NCBI RefSeq assembly: GCF_001194135.2 | Contig: NC_068984.1 | Location: 83,834,498 to 83,889,195 of the forward strand | DNA length: 54,698 nt | Direction of reading: 5' to 3' | DNA from: Octopus bimaculoides | Lineage: Eukaryota | Shown here: positions 1-11,436 of the stretch, one piece after another | Numbering within the stretch: position 1 is the stretch's first letter | How the letters are laid out: each line of letters opens with the position of its first letter | Position numbers and translations under genes: made by a program | Notes under the pieces: generated by a model | The model's input: the letters and a program-made list of their open reading frames with translations, nothing else | Told to the model about the DNA's origin: nothing | The model's database searches: none

Positions 1-2864
1 TATATATATATATATATATGAAAAAAAACTACACTCTTCGGTGTCCCCCATCTCCATTAACTAATATCCCTACCAAAAACACCATCACCATTTTAAGAGC
101 TTCTGTAGTTCTCAGTATGGTGTGTGGGTGTGTAATTATATATTGGTAGTGTCTCTTCCATCTATTTTCACTTCTATCACATCACCCCCCCCTTTTCCCT
201 TTGCCTTTCCCTATATTTTAACCACATAAGAGCATTCCTTTTCCTTAACTTCTCATCACTACTGCATTCTTCTCTACTAAAGACTCCTTTTTATCCTTGT
301 CTCTCTCTTCAACTAACCACTTCACAGTGTAACATACATAAGTATATTAGCATATTTATATTATAGATGATTAAGTGGTCCCTTTTTCACCATTACTAAA
401 TCTAATTTCAGTAGACTTTTGAGCAGATATTTCAATCATAAATATACCTCATATATATATATACTTTATATATAAAAAAAAAAAAACAACATTCAAAGCC
501 ACAATGACAAAAGAAATATAATACACACACTCACACATGCAGACACAAATTGACCATAAGTAATGATAGCCCGTGTCAAAGTCACAAAAGGAAAGAAAAA
601 CCCTTGATGTCTATTAAAAAATCTACCAGTATATAATGTCAGTGACCAGCTTACAGAAGTGCGATGAAAATCCCGGTGCCTCAAGAAATAAACAAAAGTG
701 AAAATAAGATTTTGTGTTTCTAAATGGCCAAAATGACTCTTCCAAATTGTAACTACAGAGAATAGAGCCGATACAAAATTGGTGTTTGTTGTTCAGTGCT
801 AAGTCAACTCTAAAGCAGAACAAATTCCAGTCAAAACCATCGTTCTTTCAAAGGTAACTTGAAATATATTGTCCAGCATGTCCTTTCCTAAAACAGTAGT
901 GTGTGTAATTTCAAGTAGATGTGACTGCCATTTCTAGTAAGTTGAATGACTACATAGAAGCTACACAAAACTTATTCATTCATTAGGAGTCGATTTTCAT
1001 GGGTTTGCATTCTCTTTCATCTTGGATGTTTCTTGCATACTTTCAATGTAATCCAAATCTTTCAAATTTTTGATATTGTCCATTTACATATTTATAAGCA
1101 TTTTCTTTTAAAGACCCAGAATGCACAACATTTATGGAAGAATTTGTCATGCTCAAATGCATTTACAATACAACAAATGAAAACTATATGTTTTGGTTCA
1201 CTCAAAGGTGGGATGATTTTCTAGAGACATGGTTCAACCAACGACTTCTTAAGTCACCTACAACTAATGGGATGCCAAATAAGTCTGAGAAATAATTATA
1301 CCAAATATTATGGTGAGTGACATGAAGTATTCATAAAGTATTCTTGAATCCAAAATTCTTTGAATTTTGGATTTAAGAATAAATCTCAAAATTCTCAATT
1401 CAAATTATTATGAACCTCACAATGATGCTAGCCAAGAAATGGAGAAGATAGTAATGAGTGAATAATAATGCTAGCCTCTTGGGTAAGACAAATTATTTTT
1501 AACTAGGTTTTCTCTAAAAATATTTTTGAGTTTTTATAAAAACATTTGATCAGGAAAATAATTATTTAAGTACTGTGCTGTTTAAAAGACTTTCAATATA
1601 AAAAAAAATTCAAGAAAGCATTACATTATATCCATATAAAGAAAATCTTAGAAAACCAGGTGTTGAACTATAATGAACAAAAATGATACTATTGATCAAA
1701 CAAGTAATGCCAGTTCTCTAAAATCTCAACATGAAAACCTATAAAGACTTCTAGTAGGTACTTATTTCTCATACAAAAAGCATCCAACATTTGACAAAAA
1801 AAAGTGAAATCTAAAAAACACTAATACAAACCAAAATTAAATGTTTGCAATTTTTAAACGGTCTTTTTTTTTAGTTGATAAGCAAAGGCAGTGTAACGAT
1901 GAATAAAAGGGAGTCCAGTGAAAAGTGAACTTATATATCCTCTGTTGATGCTTTGATGCAATTACTACCATAATGATTTACTTGCTGCAACATCCAACCA
2001 CCACCACTCTTAAGCCAATGTCATGATTCTTCATTCCTCCTTAATCATACATCAGCAACACCCAATTTTAGACACCACATGCCAGACCTGCATTGACTCC
2101 ATAAACGTAGGGAGCATATTCAAATGGGGCTATGTGAACCTTGTCACTTTTAGAAATGAAAATTGCTCAAGCACTATTCATATCAAGAAAACACCAATGC
2201 ACTACACGTCCTCTAATTATATATGGTTCTCAGTACCTTCGCAGTTGCTCCAAATGCTAGTTCTCACTGGTGAAAGTACATTTGTATCACAAGTAGGGTC
2301 ACATCCAAAAGACTAGAAAATATTTCAGCCTCCAACACTGATGACACTTTACAAGGTTCATGTCAGGCTCACAACTGAGTACAGTGCCCACATCTGAGTC
2401 AGTGCTATTACTACACAGACTGGACATTTTGGATTGTGTCCAAACAGATCACTCAGCTGATTGGAGCTCAATTAGTAATGGACACACTCCAGCCCTTGAT
2501 CCACTGGTGCTGTTTCCTCTGTCTTTTCTATTGCTTCTACAATGGTCTCCTACCTCCAACACTTACGCAACCTTGACCCACTCATCTCTCTCTCATCGCC
2601 CATGGTGCATCCAACAAAATGTGTCATGGATGTAAATCTCTAATTATAATGGAGAAAGGAAATAAAGAAACATATTTGTATGTAACTTTCAATCCCTTGA
2701 AGTTTTTGCAAAAAAAAAAATTAATAAAATCTTAAATATTTCAGTTTAAAATACTTTTATAAATATGTAGCTTCTTCACTTCATTCTGATTTCAGTTCAC
2801 ACTTTCTAAAGTTAAACACAGCAGACTGAAGTTAATAATAATCTTACTTTTATATTATGTTATC

Positions 2865-2900
<36 letters not shown>
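2865..2900. repeat. (AAT)12 microsatellite
   Basis: Perfect AAT run read directly; it explains the poly-Leu in ORF 2855-3079. Confidence 0.95.
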
Positions 2901-2901
<1 letters not shown>

Positions 2902-4101
2902 CTTTAGCTATAACAATTTCAATCAGCATGCAATTTAAATCAAAGTAAAACTTGAAATTGAAAACCGAAAACCTAAAGGGAAACAACAAAATATACATAA
3001 TTTCTATATATATAATATGAATGTGTGAGATACTAGCTGTGTATAGATTATACAGGTAATGTACTTCTGAAAAAAACAAGTCCAGTTAAAAAAAACCCAG
3101 CAATAATGGGGAATAAGAAAAATAACCTCGCTCTTCTGAATTATTGAAACAAATATATATTCTTTCATTTTTCAACACCAACATTAAATAATATTTAACT
3201 TATTTAGCTAGAATTACTGAAAATAAGATGTTTCTTATATATTTAAAAAAAAAAAAAAAGCTAACTCATTAGGAAAAGAAATTTATGAAGAGAAATGTCT
3301 GTCCCGCAACAAAAGCTGAACAAGCATATAAGATGTAATACGAAAGTCAAGAGAAATTTCAAAAAGATGGAATTATGAGCCGTTGTTTAATTTCATCAAG
3401 CCACAAAATTTTTTAAAATGTAAGGATATTCATTCCGGTAATTAAGGAATGCTAAGTTTTATATTCCCTGTTATTGCTGGCTTCATTTTTAACTATGATA
3501 ATTTCTTCAAAAATATGTATCTGCATGTGCATGTATATATAGAAATATATATGTATGTATATATAACTTTATACATGTGTGTGTATACACACAATAAAAT
3601 GTTTCTATGACAATGTATGTAAATTAACTTGTACATCTATTTTACATGTGATGTGATTGTAAATAATATTATATAACCTTGCTTTATAACTAAAAGAAAT
3701 TTTCATCTGCAAGAAAATTTTCCACATTCAGCATCATTTGCATTTCATTTTTTTTTTTGTTAGTTTTTTTCCTTCTTGTTTTGTTCTGTTTATCTTAAAA
3801 TCCTATTTTAGTGTGTGATTGAACCAAAAATATAAGTTAGAAAATGAAAATATGAAACTAAAAAAGAGAATGTATTTAGTTCCTGTAAATGTGTAGTAGA
3901 CTGAGTACAGATTATGTATGTAAATGTACACAATGTGTACTCAGCTAGTCTCCTTCACAATGTGTAACTGTACATTATAAATATACTTATTCCATATATA
4001 TTAACAAAGATAAAATGTAATCTTTCTATGAGAGAATATCTATTCCCCAGTAAAGTTTAGAACAAATTGTAAAATTTTTGAAATTCCAATTTTAATATAG
4101 C

Positions 4102-4335
4102 AGAACACTGCTGAGATATTTCATTACAACCATTATTGAGCTGTAACTTTCCAGCAACTGCTGAGATTTCATTACAATCACCACTGAGTAGTTTCAATAC
4201 AAACTTTACTGTATATAAAAATTGTGTCATTAAAATTGGCAAAGATTTGTCTCGTTTCAACCACCACTGAGTTATGTCATTACAATTACTTCTAAGCTAT
4301 CATTACAACCAACACTGAGCTGTATCACTAGAGCT
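4102..4335. repeat. Degenerate minisatellite, ~22-25 nt unit (CCACTGAG-N3-4-TTTCATTACAA-like)
   Basis: About 6-7 imperfect units such as actgctgagatatttcattacaa, ccactgagtagtttcaatacaa and ccactgagttatgtcattacaa. Confidence 0.6.
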
Positions 4336-5000
4336 ACCCACTTAGTTGTTTCCATACAACAGTGAGTTGAGCAGTAAAACTACTACTGTGCAATGCTTCT
4401 CCTGGAGTAAAGTTTTGCACAGTCATTCAACATGCTAGAAATAGAAATCAAATTTTCTTTGAATCACACCATAAGAAAGGACATTGGACAAAACAACAGT
4501 ATGCATATGTATACAACTACATTCACACACACAATATGTGTGTGAATGCATGCGTAATGTCTTATTGAAAGTAAAAGAACTTAAACTGTTCCACAGTTTC
4601 ACATAACCAATTATCAAACAGCTTACTGGTGTCTGATGACTAGTTATGTGAAACTCTCATGAACACTATATTTGCTCTAGCTTTGTTATTTGAGTGCTAT
4701 ATTTTTTATACCTTGTTTTGCACCTATGTGCTCATATATATGTGTATTACATAAGCTAGCAGAAAAGTGCTTGGAGACAAAGTATTTTGACATCTTTACT
4801 ATTCTATAACTTAAATTTTTTTAAAGTTATTAACTGTCTAAAAGTTAGTTCACTATCTGTTTATTCGTTTTCATATTCCACTCTGTGTGTGCATGTATAT
4901 GCAAAAAGATGCAGTATGTATTAATTAAACTAGCAGAAATCCACCTACAAGACTGTGTTTCTACTTATATTTTCATCATATAAAGAGATTAACAGTAATA

Positions 5001-6058
5001 TTAGGTTGTTCCGAAAATAACGGCCACTCCAAGTGTTGTGTTTTGAAATGCAATTTTATCATAGTATTTTAATTATATTTTAGGTGAATTTCAACATACT
5101 TAATAACTGATGTATGCTCTTTAATAATATTCTACTTATTTCAGACAGAAAACATTCTTGAATCATAGGCGCCTTTAATTATGAACGTGACAAAAAAGGA
5201 ACTTCGCTTACTTTTCTTCCATAAGTTCAAGCTTGGGCACAATGCCTCCCAAACTGCTGCCAATATCAACAAAGCATGGGGAGAGGGGTCCACAAGTGAT
5301 CACACAGTATGAAGGTGGATTCAGAAATTCTGTAGTGGTGATGAAAGCCTTGAAGATGAAGAAAGAGGACAGTCATGCAGTCTTGACAATGAACAATTGA
5401 AAGCAATTGTTGAACAAAACCCATGTTAAAGTGTCAGAGAAATGTCTCAGGCACTTGGTGTCGGTATTGCAACAGTCTCACGCAATCTGCAGAAGATTGG
5501 TAAGGTGAAAAAGTTCGATAAATGGGTACTGCATGAGCTCAATGAAAATCAAAAAGTTCGGCGTTTTGAAGTGTACTCGATGCTCTTTCTGTGAAACACC
5601 AATGATCCTTTTCTTGACTGAATAGTTAATTGAGACGAAAAGTGGATTCTTTATGACAACCGTAAACGATCAGGTCACTGGCTCGATTGTGATAAGTCCC
5701 CCAAACATTTCCAAAAGCCAAAGTTGCATCATCAAAAGATAATGGTTACTGTCTGATGGTCTGCAATTGGTGTTGTCCTTTCCAGCTTTCTGGAAGCCAA
5801 TCAGAGTATTACAGCAGAGGTTTACTGCAATCAACGTGCTGAAATGCATGCTCACTTGCAAAAAATGAGACCTGCATTGGCGAATCGGCATGGCCCAATT
5901 CTACTCCACAGTAATGCAAAGCCACATGTTGCAAGAATGACACTGCAGAAACTCACAGACTTGGGATACAAGACTTTACCACATCCTCCATATTCTCGTG
6001 ATCTTTCACCCACTGACTACCATTTTTTAAAGCATTTAAACACATTTTAAGTGATGAA
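5001..6058 (+). mobile_element. Mariner (D,D34D) transposon, inactive and 3'-truncated
   Basis: TA followed by a TTAGGTTG-type left end. Translated motifs: HTH region TV*RWIQKF, WVLHEL (WVPHEL), DEKWILYDN, HSNAKPHVA and HPPYSRDLSPTDYHFLKHL. Multiple in-frame stops; no right TIR seen. Confidence 0.95.
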
Positions 6059-6064
6059 ACTTTA

Positions 6065-6470
6065 AGGAGCCAATGTGTTAACCTCTTAGCATTTAAACTG
6101 GCCACATCTGACCTAAATATTTCATCTGTTTTATGTTCAAATTAGCTAGATCTAGCCTCTCACACTTAGCCTACAATGCAATTCTAAAAATAACAATCAC
6201 ACCATCAAAATATTGAAACTGCAATACAATGCATGTTTAATTCCCTCCAATGTGAATAAATAAGCATCACATTTGACAGAGTAATCTGAATGCTAAAGGG
6301 TTAAGTCACCATAACTTAATGATTCAGCAGAAAGATATTGGCAGAATAAATACCAGGCTAAGTATTGGGGGTTGATGTTTTTGATTAACAACATCAAAGC
6401 AGTGTCCCAGCATGGCTGCAGTCCAATGAGTAGAACAAGTCAAAGAATAAAATAAAAGAAAAATCAATGG
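6065..6470 (+). mobile_element. 3' half of the tRNA-derived SINE family, interrupted by the MITE
   Basis: Similar to the SINE at 25150-25565 (taactta..gcaga..gaataa..accaggct; gtcccagcatggctgcagtc; agaataaaa tail). Confidence 0.65.
6078..6304. mobile_element. piggyBac-type MITE with TTAA target duplication
   Basis: Left end TTAA-cctcttagcattta; right end ctgaatgctaaaggg-TTAA (imperfect TIRs). No coding capacity. It splits a SINE fragment whose sequence is continuous across the TTAA. Confidence 0.8.
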
Positions 6471-7819
6471 ATAACAGCGAGATAACCTTTAATATGCTAA
6501 AACACCTGATGAAAACATAGCAATCCCAAATTATAGTCATTAAGGGTAATGGTTGTGCTTTTTTTTTTACAGATCTGTATGCAAGCATGGCTGGGTGGTT
6601 AAGAAGTTCACATTCTACATTTGATCACAGTATGTAGTACTTAACCACACACTGTGGCCACAGTCTGAGAGTGTCAATGGCTTGCAAGTCAACTTTAGTA
6701 CACAGTAACAGTGCAGAAATCCAATACATATGTGTGTGCACACATGTGAAACTTGCTAGTGTATATCAGTAAAAGATGCAAAATAAGATAAACAAAAACT
6801 TTTTTTAAATAAAAATTACCTTGTGCAGTATTTGTTCTGTACCATATTACACAGACATTCTCTTGTCATTCATCCTCTAAAGCACAGCGAATCAGATATT
6901 AGCACATTACATGGAGAATCTATAACCAATGCCGCTATTGTTCACTATAGAAATCTATAACCAATGGTAGTATTGTTGCAATATAAAATAAAAATAGAGT
7001 CATCTACAAAATATATAAATAATTAATAATCAACAATTTTGTGAGATTTGTGTTTCTTCAAAAATAAAATTTGTCAAAAGTGTCAGAATAAAGAGAAAAA
7101 AGTCTCTACAGTTGAATCTGCCAGAAGTGTACAGTTCAAGACTAACTATTCCCAGGGGGATCCGATACCAATCCCTGACACCAAGGAGGATTTTGAGGCA
7201 ATTTAATATATATTTGAGAAAGTTTGTATATGTCTATGTCCATCTCCCCTTTTTCTACAGTATGTAGCTACTGCTAACTCTTCACTGCCACTACAGTGCT
7301 GAATCTTTATGTTTTACTATTCTACCATTTCTGCTCATCACTGAAAGTTTATTGCTAAGTCTTCTCTCTCACCACTTTACTACTAACAAAGCTTGTACCT
7401 TCTTCCTGCCTATTTTTCTCTTTGATTTATCTTCTTCTTTTTTTCCCCCTGTACTTTTTCTTTCCTTCTGTCACACTCTAAAACTACTCATACCTCTTTC
7501 ACCTTACTGTTTCCCTTTCTCTTGCATCTTATTGAAAGTGATTCCAAGAAATCAAGTTGCAAGTCAGCAGTTTTAGTAGAAAATTAGATTAACAGTACTA
7601 CTGCCCATCTTAGAGATTGTGCTAAATTAAAACCCATCAAAAAGAACTACGGACAGATTTTTATATACATTTACAATATGCAATCAATAATAATGTGTGA
7701 AAAAGAGCTTAGTTCATTTTACATTCTCCCTTCAAGTTTTAATACTAGCACTTGATAGATGCATCAACGAACATAGGATGCAAGAATTTACTTGCCATTT
7801 CAGCTGCCCAGAACTCTCC

Positions 7820-10240
7820 AATACTTTTAACTTGCAACTCCAAACAGAAATTTAACAATCACTGGCATGATATCCCAGTCAGAGTTATATACTGAAAATT
7901 GAGTGAGGTGATGAATTTGAGACCTAAATGACAAATGTTTGGACCAGTCGAATATAACATGTATATCACAGAATGTCAAAAAGTAGTGGGGGTCACAACA
8001 TGTACACATTTTGACCTGGTTAACATAAGTGTCAGACCAATCAAATTGATTCCATATCAGCTGGGTTTGTGGTCTCCAGTCCTTAGCAAAGCAAAAGGAT
8101 TTTCATTTTTGTTAAAACAGAAGATTCATAGTTGCTGAGGTATCTTTAGCAGGAATTTACTTCGTACAGTAGACAATAAATGCACCAAACAGTTTCCAAC
8201 ACCAATTGTCAAGGAAACCCAAACAGATGAAGATGGCTTTTCCCTCTTGCAAAAGAGGGGTGCAAGGGGATGGAAGTTGCCAAATCTCGGTTGGATAGTA
8301 TGAAGGTGATACTCCCAACCAGGACATTTAATACACATATCAATGATGTGTTCTACAATTCAATTAAGTTCATTAAATATGTCAGCAAGGAACCTGATAC
8401 TGTACTGTTTACTGTGATGTAGCAAAACAGCTACAAAGAAATCATACAAGAAGGGACAGTACAGCAGCAATTATGAAGCTTTCTAATGCCATTTTTCTTT
8501 CATATTTATGAAGACAGCACAGCATTCAACAACTTAGTGTCCACTTCAAAAATGACCAACAAATTTACTTCACTCAAGCAACCACTGTGCAACAAGAACA
8601 TTCAAATGCTTACAGGCTTTTCCCAGCTGTGCCAGTATGATCATTTTGCAAAACCATTGCAGTACCAACAGGTTCCATCTTACTAGACATGGAAAACAAG
8701 TAAAGAAGAAAACTAACATAATGTTTGACTACGACTGAAAGACAATATACTATACACCTAGTCAAAATGTATGTTTTGTTCTGTGATATCCATGGAATGT
8801 GAGGTCAAAGTTCATCAAATTATCAATGGCAAAGTACCACCTACAGAGAGACATGATGTAGACATGGGTAGCTGAAGAATTATGCTCAGTGGAATGCAAG
8901 TGTTCGAAGCTTCTCTACCTCAAACAGTCAAGAGTTTTAGGATTCTTTTTTCTATGCTATTAAAATGCCTCAACTTTGGTTCTCACAATAAACCTTACTT
9001 TAGGTGTCAAGAATAAAGCTCAATACATGTACCCTGGCATGAAAATGCAGTACGCATAACAGAGCCCTCATCAGTAAGCTTAAAGATAAAAATGACCAAG
9101 AGCTTCAACACTACAGCTTCCTTTAACCTAACTACACTGAAGTCAAATAATCTAGTAAAAAAAAATCATACAATGCTGATACATTAATAGCATTTGTCAG
9201 TGACAACGAACTCAAACTTAATACAGATCAGAAAACAGTCTATTCTACTATTTTTGAGAGGATTCAATGACAAGACATTGAAATCTGTTTTGTTGATGCT
9301 CATAATGGAACTGAAAAGACACTCCCATCAATCAAAAGCTAAGTCATACCTCACATAAAAACACAGCTATTGTGGCTGCTTCCAAGTATTGCTGCCACAC
9401 ACCTGCACAGTACATTCTGTTTTCAAACTTCTCTTGGACTTAAGCACATGTGATGCACCTATTTAGATTGTTACCAAGAATTCAAGAAACAGATACACTT
9501 TTAAGAGATATCAGATGATTGTATGAAATATATGCACAATGGTACACAAGAGAGCTCTGGAGGCCTTGGGAAAGATATTGCAGGACTTGTGTTACATAAG
9601 ATCCCAAGCAGCAACAGTGCTATTGTCAAATGGCTTCTATTAGATTCTGCCAGTGGTCCCAAAAGGAACAAAAGCTGATGAATATATGTTTAATAATCAT
9701 CATTTTGGACCAAAGTTTATATCTTCAAACTGTCTATAAATTATGTCAATATTTTACAAGTTGGTGTGGGAGGATTTCTTTCTGACAGTAATGGCACTAA
9801 GGACCCGGTTGTTATAAGCACATTCATTAAAATAGCAAACAAATTAATACCAAAAGTATTCCTCAACTTGCAACATCATAACTAGTACATGAGGCTATGT
9901 GAAAGAGCTACACTCGCCCAAAAATGTCAGGCCAGCAACATCAAATGGCAGTTGTTATAGATCCTTGGCAGTTGTTATAGATCCTTCAAGAAAATAGTCA
10001 TATCTACAAATCAATACACGCTTATCAATCAGAAAGAAAACAGTTCACCGCCATACAAAATTTTTTAATTCCCTGGAATCTTCAGCTAAAAGAAAGATCC
10101 CCAATAATGCTGATGAATAATTTAGATCAGGTATGGCTAAGCAATAGCAAAAGACTAATGCTTAAGAAGTGTAAGCCATATTTCAACTATGCTAAGAATT
10201 AGGTGCTCCAAAGGAAAGGATGCAATTATACTAAAAATTC
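7820..10240 (+). mobile_element. Helitron Rep-PIF1 helicase pseudogene, heavily decayed
   Basis: Across frameshifts: Rep motifs TCN (FTCN-like), QHVHIL (HUH) and IKFIKYVSK; CTKQFP...ETQTDEDGF; LTGFSQLCQYDHFAKPLQYQQVPSY; decayed Walker A FVDAHNGTEKT; CTMVHKRALEAL; QILPVVP-KGTKADE; PIMLMNNLD. Confidence 0.9.
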
Positions 10241-10283
10241 TTTTCACACTAACTGATCTATCTTTTCAATGTGGAAAACTTCA

Positions 10284-11436
10284 GTGGGATTTAGGAAGCA
10301 GCCTAGGATTACAAACTACTGGAGTACAGATGAAACCTCCAGTATAATGACAAGAATGTGTTTTTGAAACTGTGTCAGTGCTTCAAGACACAAGACTCAA
10401 GCAAAATCCCAATACATAGAGAACATTATGATCCCTTATTTTAAATAAGACCTTCTAAGTTATTGTACAAAGGACATTTAAATCATATTACCAATCAGGA
10501 AAGAAAAAAAAATCTGTTGACAAAGGGATGTTGGGATATTTAGGCCAGATACACTTCCAGACAATCTAACAAAATGGAGTATGAAAGTATGGTGGGTTTA
10601 TGAAGCAAACAGGGTACAACTGTACTTTTTAATTTTTATACAAGGAAAAAAAGTCAATTTGGTCTAAAATACAATGTGGTCTAGGAATTATCACTTCTAC
10701 ACTGTAACTAAAGTTATATATTGCTTTTTGACTGGTTTTTGGTTGTCAATTTACTGTAGATTTAGAAGCTATTGTGGCAATATATGTGTGTGTCACAGTG
10801 ATTGCAAATAGAAGGATGCTGTCTGATATTTAAAAAAAAAATCAAAATCTTAAAAATGAAGGTGAAATAATTCGAAAACAGAAAGAAAATTAGCAACTGC
10901 ATTCAGAGAAAAGAGACAAATTTTCTAGCCACTTGTTCTCATCCACATGTAATTGAAAATAGCTCACCATTTTGTAAATCTCAACTACAACAGCTACAAG
11001 GGTGGTGTAAATCAGATGAATCAAATGAGTTATTATGTGGTTTGTAGACCAAGTAATTTGTGGTGGAAACAGTTTGACATGCATCAAATACGAGTATTGT
11101 GAATGCCTTTTTCTATTATGTACCAAATGGGGAGGAGGCTCCAAAGCATAGCATCCATGTGCAATTCAAGTAGACGCTGCAATACAGTTGTGAGAATGGG
11201 ATATTCATCTAAAACAAAAATAATTGAAGGACGAAAAAAGCAAAAACTTAATCCAGTTAATCTCTCTGAAAAAAGGAAGAAAACTGAAAGAGGCAAAAAA
11301 AAAAAAAAAAATGTGTAAAGAATGTGAACATCAGTAAAGGAAAGCACCCAGTAGATAGTCAACTGAAATGATTTTCCAATGTGCATTCTGCAAGACTGTA
11401 TTATGCAGAGCCAGATGCTTTACAACTTTCCATGAT
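10284..11436 (+). mobile_element. piggyBac (PGBD4-like) transposase remnant
   Basis: GFRKQPRITNYWST; TKWSMKVWW (KWGxKxW); YNSYKGGVNQMNQM (YNxxKGGVDxxDQ); LWWKQF; C-terminal Cys-rich domain CKEC...FQCAFCKTVLCRARCFTTFH. Many stops and frameshifts; no TIRs recognised. Confidence 0.85.

Noticed and set aside
2023-2635. ORFs of 97 and 91 aa in a slightly GC-richer block
   Set aside because: No splice support or recognisable motif on either strand; probably old repeat or UTR.
4102-4335. Repeat array as a CRISPR
   Set aside because: Eukaryotic context, degenerate contiguous units, no unique spacers and no cas genes.
4628-4667. CTGATGA...GAAAC hammerhead-like string
   Set aside because: Stem II does not pair and the U16.1/NUH cleavage triplet is missing.
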